From IMG/VR virus record IMGVR_UViG_2922690425_000004, positions 96,163 through 160,162 of that record: 64,000 nt of DNA. One strand, 5' to 3'. The stretch's first letter is position 1; each line of letters starts with the position of its first letter. Positions 1-8,408 of this stretch are shown piece by piece. The stretch is from a virus (taxonomy: Duplodnaviria > Caudoviricetes). Made by a program: the position numbers and the translations under genes. The notes beneath the pieces are model-generated. The model was not told where the DNA came from, made no database searches, and saw only the letters and a program-made list of their open reading frames with translations.

Positions 1-316
1 TATAAGTCTCTTGGATATCACATACACAGCAAGAAAGAAGAAAAGCGTGTGAAAGGCTGTAAAGGACTGACTGAACTAACAAAGGAATATACCGATTCTT
101 ATTATCAAAAGACTTTTCCTAAAGGAACATTGTTTTATCATGGTTCACCAGTTGAGCCAGTAACTGATCCACAGCAATTTAAAATTGAGATTAAATCGAG
201 TGGTGGTTCAATTTGGGGGTCAATCAATGAAGTTAATGTGGCACTTAAAGACATCAATACATTGGTCGGCAAATACCAATGAAAATTGAATTTGATCGGG
301 GAACGAGGAGGTAATC

Positions 317-550
317 ATGGAAGAGTTCATAAAATTTTATGATTCAATAAAAAAGTATCATAAAAGTTGGACGCTAGAAGTATATCATTCAGACGTTCTA
401 GATTGGTGTATTTCTGTGGGATACAGAATCGGTCATCCATGGCATGGGCGAACTATAATCCATGTTCAAAGCAATGATATTGAATTGGCTTTCGCAAAGG
501 CCCAAGTGGAACTAAAAGAGTGGCTGTTGGAGAAGGACGGAGGATACTGA
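317..550 (+). CDS. Hypothetical phage protein
   Basis: GAGGAGG RBS, ATG start, lies between sites 280 and 583. Confidence 0.7.
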   Translation: MEEFIKFYDSIKKYHKSWTLEVYHSDVLDWCISVGYRIGHPWHGRTIIHVQSNDIELAFAKAQVELKEWLLEKDGGY

Positions 551-617
551 GCTTTTATTTATTCTAAGGAAATGTAGGACTATAAAATAAAGATTTGATG
601 ATAAAGTATGTACACTA

Positions 618-668
618 TATGAATAGTAGGCTCAGGTAAATAGAAAAATATAGAGCCTACTATTCATA
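618..668. terminator. 16-bp inverted repeat, probable bidirectional terminator
   Basis: TATGAATAGTAGGCTC ... GAGCCTACTATTCATA between convergent genes. Confidence 0.7.
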
Positions 669-685
669 AAATTAATTAACTAAAC

Positions 686-1003
686 TTATCGATTTACCCA
701 TCCTGCATAAGTGACTGTCCAAGTGTAACCTGTTTGTCCATCGACAGAACGCAAAGGTATGGTGCCCGTCCAACCATCTTGATTGTACCCATAATACATA
801 GGCAAACTAGACATATCAGGAAAAGATGATTTCGGTAAAACCTCTTGATGAGTGACATATTTAGTTTCAAAAGGTGTTATTGATGAAATTTTACTTGAGT
901 TAGTATTAGTGGTTTGTGTGGTAGCACTAGCCGCAAAAGATGTTGATCCAAGTGTGAAACAAGCAACAACAGTCAACAGACTAACTAATAGTTTCTTTTT
1001 CAT
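686..1003 (-). CDS. Small secreted protein, possibly LCI-like antimicrobial-peptide fold
   Basis: GAAAGGA RBS; MKKKLLVSLL...SFA signal peptide; Ser/Thr linker; aromatic/Gly-rich C-terminal ~55 aa. The fold call is tentative. Confidence 0.6.
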   Translation of the reverse strand: MKKKLLVSLLTVVACFTLGSTSFAASATTQTTNTNSSKISSITPFETKYVTHQEVLPKSSFPDMSSLPMYYGYNQDGWTGTIPLRSVDGQTGYTWTVTYAGWVNR

Positions 1004-1164
1004 CTTTATCATCCTTTCATATTTGGAATACACATTTATCATAGTGGATGTTTTACCATAAGTAAACAATAAAATGAATTAATTGTAAATGATGATGAAC
1101 ATAATGTGAACATCATATTAAATTTAATTAAAATTGATATTTCATTAGGAAAGGAGAGATTTAT

Positions 1165-1356
1165 CTGAGCGTTCAAAGCGCAAAACATTTTATTGAGCAG
1201 CAGTTAGACTACTACGAAAACTTTATTCCTGATTTAGAGAGAGAAAAGGAAGATTTGGGGCATAAGTTGGAGTTAGTTCAAAGTCGAATTGAAATTTACA
1301 AAGAAAAGTTCTCTGATTATAGAACAATATTAGATCAATTAAAAAGCGATGTGTAA
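1165..1356 (+). CDS. 63-aa coiled-coil-like protein with CTG start (not in ORF track)
   Basis: AAGGAGAG RBS, then CTG AGC GTT ... GTG TAA open frame between sites 1129 and 1358. Confidence 0.55.
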   Translation: MSVQSAKHFIEQQLDYYENFIPDLEREKEDLGHKLELVQSRIEIYKEKFSDYRTILDQLKSDV

Positions 1357-1387
1357 ATAAAATCGATCATTTATCAAGAAGTAGATA

Positions 1388-1816
1388 ATGAAAATAAAAA
1401 TACTTGAATGTTCATCAAAAGGAGATAAACGATTTTCCGCTTTTTATGCGAAAGTAAGGGCATGGGGTAGGTTTAATTCAATAGAAAATCACTATCAGAT
1501 GTGTAAGAGATTTGGGGATTATAAACCATCAAACTGGAAAGATGCAAAGGGAAAACAACCTACACACATTGAGTTGAACGGAAAACAATACGATCTTAAT
1601 TATTTGTCACAATGGTACAAAATGCTTTGGGTAAATTATTTAGATAACCATCCTGATTTGGTAAGGTATGCAGAAGAGTTTGATGATTTTAATGACATTT
1701 TCAAAGGTAAAAGCTTGAACTGTCAAGCAGACGTAATTAGACAATACATAAAGCAAGGCAGACAATCTTTGGTAGACGAATATCAAGAACTAATGGATTT
1801 ATTTAGATCGAAGTAA
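1388..1816 (+). CDS. Putative NADAR-like protein (DarT1-associated antitoxin-like)
   Basis: ECSSKGDKRFSAF...SIENHYQMCKRF resembles the NADAR SSK..SAF..SVExxyQxxK pattern, recognised from memory. Confidence 0.45.
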   Translation: MKIKILECSSKGDKRFSAFYAKVRAWGRFNSIENHYQMCKRFGDYKPSNWKDAKGKQPTHIELNGKQYDLNYLSQWYKMLWVNYLDNHPDLVRYAEEFDDFNDIFKGKSLNCQADVIRQYIKQGRQSLVDEYQELMDLFRSK

Positions 1817-1850
1817 AATCAGCATTTCACTATGTTAAAACAATTTAGTA

Positions 1851-1879
1851 TTTACATAATATTATTATAATACTATAAT
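1851..1879 (+). promoter_or_regulatory. SigA-type promoter
   Basis: TTTACA-N17-TATAAT upstream of the XRE gene. Confidence 0.6.
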
Positions 1880-1902
1880 GATCTCAAAAGGAGGTTGTTA
1901 CA

Positions 1903-2571
1903 GTGATAATAAAATTTCACAATCTTTTGAAAAAGTACAGAAATGAACATGGTATAAGCAGAAGAGCATTTTCCGAAAAAGTAGGTCTTCATGAATCCAC
2001 TATTCAAAAGTATGAAAATCTAGAGATTGCTGTTTCAAAAAGTAACGCACTGTATCTTGGAAAAAATATGGGGATGAGTGAATATAATATACTCATATCG
2101 CTTGATGATCCTCCTGTGATAGGAGTAGATATTTCAGGCTCATTAATCTCAGATGAAAAAATGCAAGAAGAGCTTCGTTTAAATTACACAATATCTGCAC
2201 TAGGATCTCTTTATAACATTCTTTCAAAAAATGATGTGTTAATTGATTTAGAAATAGATACGGGAATAAATAAGACAAGACTAAATGAGGTTAAAGAAAG
2301 TTGTTTTGAAAGTATACCAGTAACTATGTTTGAAGCCACGGCTATTTGTAAGGCTCTGGATCGAAGGTTCAGCGAGTTGTTTGCCGTGGTTGCCAATGAT
2401 TATTTCAATGACATTAAAGCTATAGATATAGCACACTCACTTCAACAATTTATACAAAAGCAAAAAGAGCTGGTATTTGTTTGGGACAAAGTAGATGTTA
2501 GTGTAACGGAGAAAGAATCAGCTTTGCTTAGAGAAATGCTAAAAACGATAAGGAAACTTGATTTTAAATGA
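1903..2571 (+). CDS. XRE-family HTH transcriptional regulator
   Basis: N-terminal LKKYRNEHGISRRAFSEKVGLHESTIQKYE HTH_3 motif. Confidence 0.85.
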   Translation: MIIKFHNLLKKYRNEHGISRRAFSEKVGLHESTIQKYENLEIAVSKSNALYLGKNMGMSEYNILISLDDPPVIGVDISGSLISDEKMQEELRLNYTISALGSLYNILSKNDVLIDLEIDTGINKTRLNEVKESCFESIPVTMFEATAICKALDRRFSELFAVVANDYFNDIKAIDIAHSLQQFIQKQKELVFVWDKVDVSVTEKESALLREMLKTIRKLDFK

Positions 2572-2884
2572 ATTGTACAAATGGGGGGATTATTTCCCCC
2601 CATCAGATAATGACAGAGGAGGCACAATGAAGATTTATCACACACAAACCGCAAAAAATAAGCAATACAAGTACCATATTTTGAGTGATATTGGTGAACA
2701 TGTATATCATTCACTATGCAACTCTGGGAGCTTTTGGGTAGGTGGGTATCATAATGATAAGCCAGCAATTAAGCCTATTTTAATTGATTTTGATAATAAT
2801 TATGCCAATAAACTATGTCCTTCTTGTGTATTACAAGCGTATAAAAACGGAATGATTGGAATCTATGAAAGGTAAGGTGAATAA

Positions 2885-3154
2885 ATGGCTACAGCAGAAG
2901 AGCGTGAAACTGTATGTGTGTGTAATGATGAAACAAATGAGTGGGAAGTGTACAGTTGTTCCCCTAAAACAATCACAAAAATCAAAAAAGCTGGTTTGGA
3001 GCTGCTTCGAGTTGATGCAGATGGTGGTCATTACTTCAAGGGTGACTATGGGCAGGTATCATTGCGTGCTAAGAGTAGTGGTCGCAACTGGACACCCGAA
3101 CAGAGACAGGCTGCTGCTGATAGAATGAGAGCAATAGCAACTAAAAATACGTAA
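2885..3154 (+). CDS. Hypothetical phage protein
   Basis: AAGGTGA RBS, ATG start, 89 aa. Confidence 0.7.
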   Translation: MATAEERETVCVCNDETNEWEVYSCSPKTITKIKKAGLELLRVDADGGHYFKGDYGQVSLRAKSSGRNWTPEQRQAAADRMRAIATKNT

Positions 3155-3165
3155 GAAGTGGTTTA

Positions 3166-3786
3166 ATGAAAATAAATCAACAGTTTCAATGTGAGAAATG
3201 TGAAGAGGTTTTTACAGATGAGGGCAATTGCGCCAACCACGAAGCAAATTGTTGTCCAGAAGAGACAAGATGGTGCTATAAATGTGGTAAAACAGAAACT
3301 TGGAATGAAAAAGATGATTGGGCATTTAGTTATCAAGAGCAATGGCACACAATCAATCTTGGAAGAGTGGGATATGGTAGTTCATTAGATGCATGCGATG
3401 TTGAATTTACAATTTGTGATGATTGTTTGTATGGATTTATAGATACATTTACGATAGAAGGACAAGAAAAAATACATAATAGTGGTTCGAATGGTGATTT
3501 ACCAACAGATATTTGGATTCGCGAAGCAAGAGGCGAATTGAGTGATGAAGAGTATGAAGATTATGGTATGTATTCCCCTCGTCAAATTAAAGCTTACAAA
3601 GAAAGATTTCCTATATGTGAAAAGGTAATAATTTATGAATATGAGGATGGAAGCAGGGGGAGTCATTGTTGTAACTTTACCTTTGGAGACAGAGAAGGTA
3701 AGGCCGACCGTAATGGACACTCCAAGTGTTTTGATTGTGTTTCTTTTAAAGAAAGAACTGGGGAAATAGAAATTGAAAAAGCATAA
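3166..3786 (+). CDS. Cys-rich putative zinc-binding protein
   Basis: Several CxxC pairs (CEKC, CYKC, CDDC, CFDC). Confidence 0.65.
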   Translation: MKINQQFQCEKCEEVFTDEGNCANHEANCCPEETRWCYKCGKTETWNEKDDWAFSYQEQWHTINLGRVGYGSSLDACDVEFTICDDCLYGFIDTFTIEGQEKIHNSGSNGDLPTDIWIREARGELSDEEYEDYGMYSPRQIKAYKERFPICEKVIIYEYEDGSRGSHCCNFTFGDREGKADRNGHSKCFDCVSFKERTGEIEIEKA

Positions 3787-3827
3787 AGATTATCAAATAA
3801 GAATTTTACATAGAAGGGAATTAAATT

Positions 3828-4508
3828 TTGAGTAAAAAGTTAAAAACTATTATGGGTGACGAATTTGGAATTACTGCACTTGATGGTATACCAGTAGTAA
3901 GTAGTAGAAAAGTTGGAGAAATATTTGTAAAACGACACGATCATGTACTCAGAGATATTGCAAACATTCAAAGTTCACTCCCCAAAATTGGGGAGTCAGA
4001 TTGGGACATTAATTTTATAAAATCGTCCTATAAAAATGATCGAGGAAAAGAGTATCCAGAGTTTTTGTTGACTGAAAATGGATTCACACTTTTGGCAATG
4101 GGATTTACAGGTGAAAATGCAATTAAATTTAAAATAAAATACATAGAGAAATTCAACGAAATGAAAAAGTTCATTCAAGAGCGACAACTGGCACGAATTG
4201 AATATCCAGCATTAACAACGATGATTAAAATGTCTCACGAAAATCCAAATCCGTTTCATTACAGTAATGAGGCAGACATGATAAATAAGATAGTACTCGG
4301 GATGACTTCAAAAAAATTCAAAGAGAAACATAGTCTAAAGAAACATCAAGGAATCAGAGATTTTATGAGTCATCAGCAAGTGGAAGCGATTGTTAAATTA
4401 CAACAAGTAGATGTTGGACTAGTAGCATCAATTAAAGATATTTCTGGACGAAAAAAAATATTAGAGGACTATTATTATAGAATCTACGGGAAGCTATCCT
4501 TGATTTAA
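3828..4508 (+). CDS. Rha family phage regulatory protein
   Basis: VSSRKVGEIFVKRHDHVLRDI and LLTENGFTLLAMGFTGENAIKFKIKYIEKFNEM motifs. Confidence 0.92.
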   Translation: MSKKLKTIMGDEFGITALDGIPVVSSRKVGEIFVKRHDHVLRDIANIQSSLPKIGESDWDINFIKSSYKNDRGKEYPEFLLTENGFTLLAMGFTGENAIKFKIKYIEKFNEMKKFIQERQLARIEYPALTTMIKMSHENPNPFHYSNEADMINKIVLGMTSKKFKEKHSLKKHQGIRDFMSHQQVEAIVKLQQVDVGLVASIKDISGRKKILEDYYYRIYGKLSLI

Positions 4509-4774
4509 AATCGCGATTTAATTGAAATTATCTCGTTTAGAAAAGAGTGGATTTATTTTTGATTAACTTTTTGATTGGCTTACTTCTCTTTATTATTGAT
4601 TTCATTATTGTATTGGGAATCTACTGCGTGATAGGTCTTTTATGGACAATTGCAGAAAAAGTATTTTATGGCACGATCACACCTAGATGCATTGACGATA
4701 TTGTTGCTTTTGTTTTAGCCTGCTCTATTTATTTGAATCTAGTTAGATTGTAATTTTAGATTAAAAGGAGAGAT

Positions 4775-5215
4775 ATGATGATTCAGAAAATTGAAATTAA
4801 AACCCCAAAGTATGAAACTGTACAAGTGGGGGAAGATGTTGAAACAATGTGGGAGACAAGTGATGGTAAGCAATTCGAAAGTGAAGGCGATGCAGAACGA
4901 CATGAGTTTTACCAGTGTAAAATTAATCATAGAGGTCACAATCTCCCCATACAAGGGCTTGAGTTATTTGATTTTACATGTGTTGAAGATTTAGAAAGAT
5001 ACGAAAAGGACTATTTGTATAATGAACATGTTAAAAAGTATGATAAAAAATCAATGAGCTTTCCAAATACATATGCAATGTATGAAGAAGATGATCCTAC
5101 TTTCGATTATGAAGATTATGATGATTACTACAATCGACCAGACAAGCATATTTATTTTATGACCCTTGAGGACTATAAAAATAAACTGATAACTGCCGTC
5201 AAAAACTTTCGTTGA
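4775..5215 (+). CDS. Hypothetical phage protein
   Basis: AAGGAG RBS, 146 aa. Confidence 0.7.
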   Translation: MMIQKIEIKTPKYETVQVGEDVETMWETSDGKQFESEGDAERHEFYQCKINHRGHNLPIQGLELFDFTCVEDLERYEKDYLYNEHVKKYDKKSMSFPNTYAMYEEDDPTFDYEDYDDYYNRPDKHIYFMTLEDYKNKLITAVKNFR

Positions 5216-5258
5216 AGAATCATTGACAATGTAAATTTAATGTAAAATAGAAATTTCA

Positions 5259-5290
5259 TAAAAAAGAAGAGCAGCCTTACAGACCGCTCC
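5259..5290 (-). terminator. Intrinsic terminator of the minus-strand gene
   Basis: Minus strand GAGCGGTC-TGTAA-GGCTGCTC followed by TTCTTTTTT. Confidence 0.6.
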
Positions 5291-5734
5291 CTAGAGAATA
5301 GTATGTCTCAGCTCATAGTGACAGCGAATAAGATTATCGGGGAGGGTATATCCATGAGGAACTCTTGCGAAAAAGTAGAGCAGAGTGTCTGTTTCTTTCT
5401 CTGTTAGTTCGTGTGAAATTACGTTAAACACGTTTTCCATAAACTTTAGAAACCTCTGATTTGGTGTGGAATTGGGGAACTGATACATGTCATAGGAAGA
5501 TTCGTGCCAGTTTTTAATGATAAGTTCATCATCTCCAAACGATCTTAAATGAAGAGCGGTAATCAAAGCGTCACCTAGAAATATGTTAGCGTTTAATTTC
5601 TGGAGCACCTTAAGTACAGTTGACGGTATCTTGATTGCAGTATTTTTTTTACTATTTAATAAGTAACGCGCGCCGTCAGAAGAATTGATTTTTGATTTAT
5701 CAAATTCTTTGAGTGGTTTAGGAGAGAGTGCCAT
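5291..5734 (-). CDS. Hypothetical protein, reverse-oriented moron
   Basis: AAAGGTGG RBS, own terminator, bounded by sites 5243 and 5809. Confidence 0.75.
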   Translation of the reverse strand: MALSPKPLKEFDKSKINSSDGARYLLNSKKNTAIKIPSTVLKVLQKLNANIFLGDALITALHLRSFGDDELIIKNWHESSYDMYQFPNSTPNQRFLKFMENVFNVISHELTEKETDTLLYFFARVPHGYTLPDNLIRCHYELRHTIL

Positions 5735-5929
5735 TTAATTGCCACCTTTAGTGAGAGTTAGTATTTATATTATAAACCTTCTCATTAAATAAAGCACAAA
5801 TAATTGAATAAAAGAGGACTTTTATTGAGTCAAAATTAAACAACAAAGTTTTGATTCTTTTGAACTTTATCTTTCAAAAAGCTGGAAAAATGGAGCACTC
5901 TTCCTAAGTCGAACAAAAACAACAGAGAA

Positions 5930-5955
5930 AGACCACCTTATCAAAAAGGTGGTCT
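5930..5955. terminator. Hairpin terminator
   Basis: AGACCACCTT-N6-AAGGTGGTCT just past the stop of 5969..6439(-). Confidence 0.65.
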
Positions 5956-5968
5956 AGATTAAAAAATG

Positions 5969-6439
5969 TTACTTGGAAGTTGTAATGTTCACATTCAATG
6001 TTCCATCAATTTTTTTAGCATCAACTTTAGCTCCCAATACTTCAGAAACAATTCGCAATGGAACTTGAATGCGAGTTGCCGGACTTTGCGGTGCAACAAG
6101 CAAGGTTTTCTTTTCACCATTGACATACGCAGTTTTGCTACCGACCGCTAATTTAATTACAGTTCCGTCTTTCGATTGGATGGTGACTTGTTGCAAAGCT
6201 TTATTCCAATCTGTTACTTTGCCACCTAAATTTTCAGAAACAAAACGAAGAGGAACAAAAGCTGTATTTGTAGCATTATCAATATACGGAGGCGCATCTG
6301 AATTAGTTCCGAAATTAACGGGAACATTGTTTACCTCCACATTAATTGTGTAATTATAAGGATGTTTTGTTGCACTGGCTTGTACGCTTAATGCAAGTGA
6401 AAAAATAAGAAACACAGAAACCATAAAGAATCTTTTCAT
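5969..6439 (-). CDS. Secreted copper amine oxidase N-terminal (stalk) domain protein
   Basis: Signal peptide; PYID...FVPLRFVSENLGGKV and VPLRIVSEVLGAKV repeats typical of Paenibacillus surface proteins. Confidence 0.88.
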   Translation of the reverse strand: MKRFFMVSVFLIFSLALSVQASATKHPYNYTINVEVNNVPVNFGTNSDAPPYIDNATNTAFVPLRFVSENLGGKVTDWNKALQQVTIQSKDGTVIKLAVGSKTAYVNGEKKTLLVAPQSPATRIQVPLRIVSEVLGAKVDAKKIDGTLNVNITTSK

Positions 6440-6470
6440 GATGTCTTTCTCCTTTTAATTCAAAGTACAA

Positions 6471-7631
6471 TCAATTTACTGAAAAGACATATCTTTCTGA
6501 CTGCCCTGACTTGGTATAGTCTATTTTTCCTCCGTGAGTCCATACGTCGTTGCTTAATCCTGAGACGCTACTTGGGTAAACAGAACTGGAACTATTGTTA
6601 GTTAGAAATTTCATATTGTTCCAAATAGCAGGTGTAGTGTATCCATAGTGGAATGGGCTGGTGGTTGAAGTGGCAGAACCCATAGCTATTGCAGTTAGCC
6701 GCTTAACTGATCTACCTGTGCTTCCTAATCCATTAAATCTAACAACATAAATATCCGAGTAATTTATTTGCTCTCTAATGGTGAGCGTTGAGTCTGTTGA
6801 GTAATAATATACTTTATAGCCGTTAATTTTGTCACCACCATAGAACTTTTTAGTTGTATCATAGTAATATTTACCACTACTAGGTTGTGGTATGCCATTG
6901 GTATTTCCTGAATCAACAGTATGATTTGATTTTGCATGGAACATTGGATACCACCCAGCTGGAGTAAACTGAGAAGCAATTCCTTCAAATCCAACTTCAG
7001 CTACTCCATCAACACCAGTGTATAAGTAGGCTGCCTCTGAATATTTCAAAGCATCAGTGATATTATAAGTTGGCAAAACAACAGAGTCTGCAACTACGCC
7101 ATTATATATTTTATTAGCGTTACTAGCGGGAGTTTGAAGGCGATGGAATGCCCCTGTTTCTTTGCCTGCTGTGTTTCCTTGATTACCTAAGTAAGATTGT
7201 GTAGAGATTCTTTCATGTGGTTCAGTTCCATATGTAGATTCTGTAGTTGTGATTTCTCTTGTTTCAAAATTTGATCGGATATCGCCTTTATCGGAGGAAG
7301 TTGCGTTAATTAATTCTCCATCTGAATCGAAGTCTAGAAGAACAACTTCTGCATTTTCCAATTTTTTGATGTTTTCTTTTGTGGTTTGACTAATGCTAGA
7401 ACTTTCTGTGATGTTGTCTAAAGTTTTATCGAATTCCTTATTGCTCAAAGTTGACATGCCTTTTGCAGTACTAGATGCACCTTTATCTAGTAAGATTTCT
7501 TGTTCAATCGCTTCTTTAATATACTGGTCATAGTTGTTGGGAGTAGCATTTTCTTGGGCATTTGCCATTAAAGAAGGGATTGATGCAGATAGGAGCAAAA
7601 CAGATAAAGCAACTTTAGCTACTTTTAACAT
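6471..7631 (-). CDS. Secreted 386-aa protein with a beta-rich C-terminal domain (possibly YrpD-like)
   Basis: AAGGAGG RBS, signal peptide (..ANA), Tyr/Gly/Ser-rich C-terminal half; family call tentative. Confidence 0.65.
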   Translation of the reverse strand: MLKVAKVALSVLLLSASIPSLMANAQENATPNNYDQYIKEAIEQEILLDKGASSTAKGMSTLSNKEFDKTLDNITESSSISQTTKENIKKLENAEVVLLDFDSDGELINATSSDKGDIRSNFETREITTTESTYGTEPHERISTQSYLGNQGNTAGKETGAFHRLQTPASNANKIYNGVVADSVVLPTYNITDALKYSEAAYLYTGVDGVAEVGFEGIASQFTPAGWYPMFHAKSNHTVDSGNTNGIPQPSSGKYYYDTTKKFYGGDKINGYKVYYYSTDSTLTIREQINYSDIYVVRFNGLGSTGRSVKRLTAIAMGSATSTTSPFHYGYTTPAIWNNMKFLTNNSSSSVYPSSVSGLSNDVWTHGGKIDYTKSGQSERYVFSVN

Positions 7632-7806
7632 AGTATATCCTCCTTGATATTGGGTTTATATAGTAAGCTGGCCAGCATTACTTCCCAAAAAAACTTACTG
7701 AAAAAGTATAATATGAATAAAAATATATAGCAAGGAAAAGTTTTGTTGCTATTTACTAGTATAAAACATAGATTTTACCATAATACATACAAAAGGATGA
7801 TAAAGT

Positions 7807-8319
7807 ATGAGTAAGTTATATGAGCTTGGGGAGCAGTATAGAGTATTTAACAATTTTGTAGATTCTGCGTGGGACAATGACGATTTAACGGAAGATGATT
7901 TGCAACTGTACATTGAGACACTAGAATCTATTGAAGATGAGATTAGTAATAAGGCAGAGAATATCGCTAAGTTCATGAAAAACATCGAGGGAGATATCAA
8001 AGCCTTAAAAGAAGAAGAAGATCGACTTGCAAAAAAACGCAAATACCTTCAGAACAAAATAGAAGGATTAAAGAGCTACACTCAAGCTGTGCTAGAAGTA
8101 AATAAAATTGACAAGATAGACGCAGGTCTATTTAAAGTTAGACTACAAAAGAATCCTCCATCCATTAATATTGTGAATGAAAGAGCTATTCCTAATACAT
8201 ACAGAATTCCGCAACCCGATAAGATTGATACCAAGGGGTTATTGGCTGCCGTAAAACAGGGTAAAGTTGTTGAAGGTGTTGAATTAGTGACAGATAAAAA
8301 GCATTTGCGTATTAGTTAG
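7807..8319 (+). CDS. Siphovirus Gp157 family protein
   Basis: MSKLYEL...KAENIAKFMKNIEGDIKALKEEEDRL...LQKNPPS...KHLRI pattern. Confidence 0.9.
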   Translation: MSKLYELGEQYRVFNNFVDSAWDNDDLTEDDLQLYIETLESIEDEISNKAENIAKFMKNIEGDIKALKEEEDRLAKKRKYLQNKIEGLKSYTQAVLEVNKIDKIDAGLFKVRLQKNPPSINIVNERAIPNTYRIPQPDKIDTKGLLAAVKQGKVVEGVELVTDKKHLRIS

Positions 8320-8322
8320 TGC

Positions 8323-8352
8323 AAAGCCTCCTTTAATGGAGGTTTTTTTTAT
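8323..8352 (+). terminator. Intrinsic terminator
   Basis: GCCTCC-TTTAAT-GGAGGT followed by a T run. Confidence 0.8.
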
Positions 8353-8379
8353 TTAAATAAGCAAAAATAATGAAATATA

Positions 8380-8408
8380 TTGATATCAAACAAGATGGAT
8401 GCTATAAT
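8380..8408 (+). promoter_or_regulatory. SigA-type promoter with extended -10
   Basis: TTGATA-N17-TATAAT with TG at 8400. Confidence 0.65.

Noticed and set aside
5223-5248. TTGACA...TAAAAT as a SigA promoter
   Set aside because: Spacer is only 14 bp
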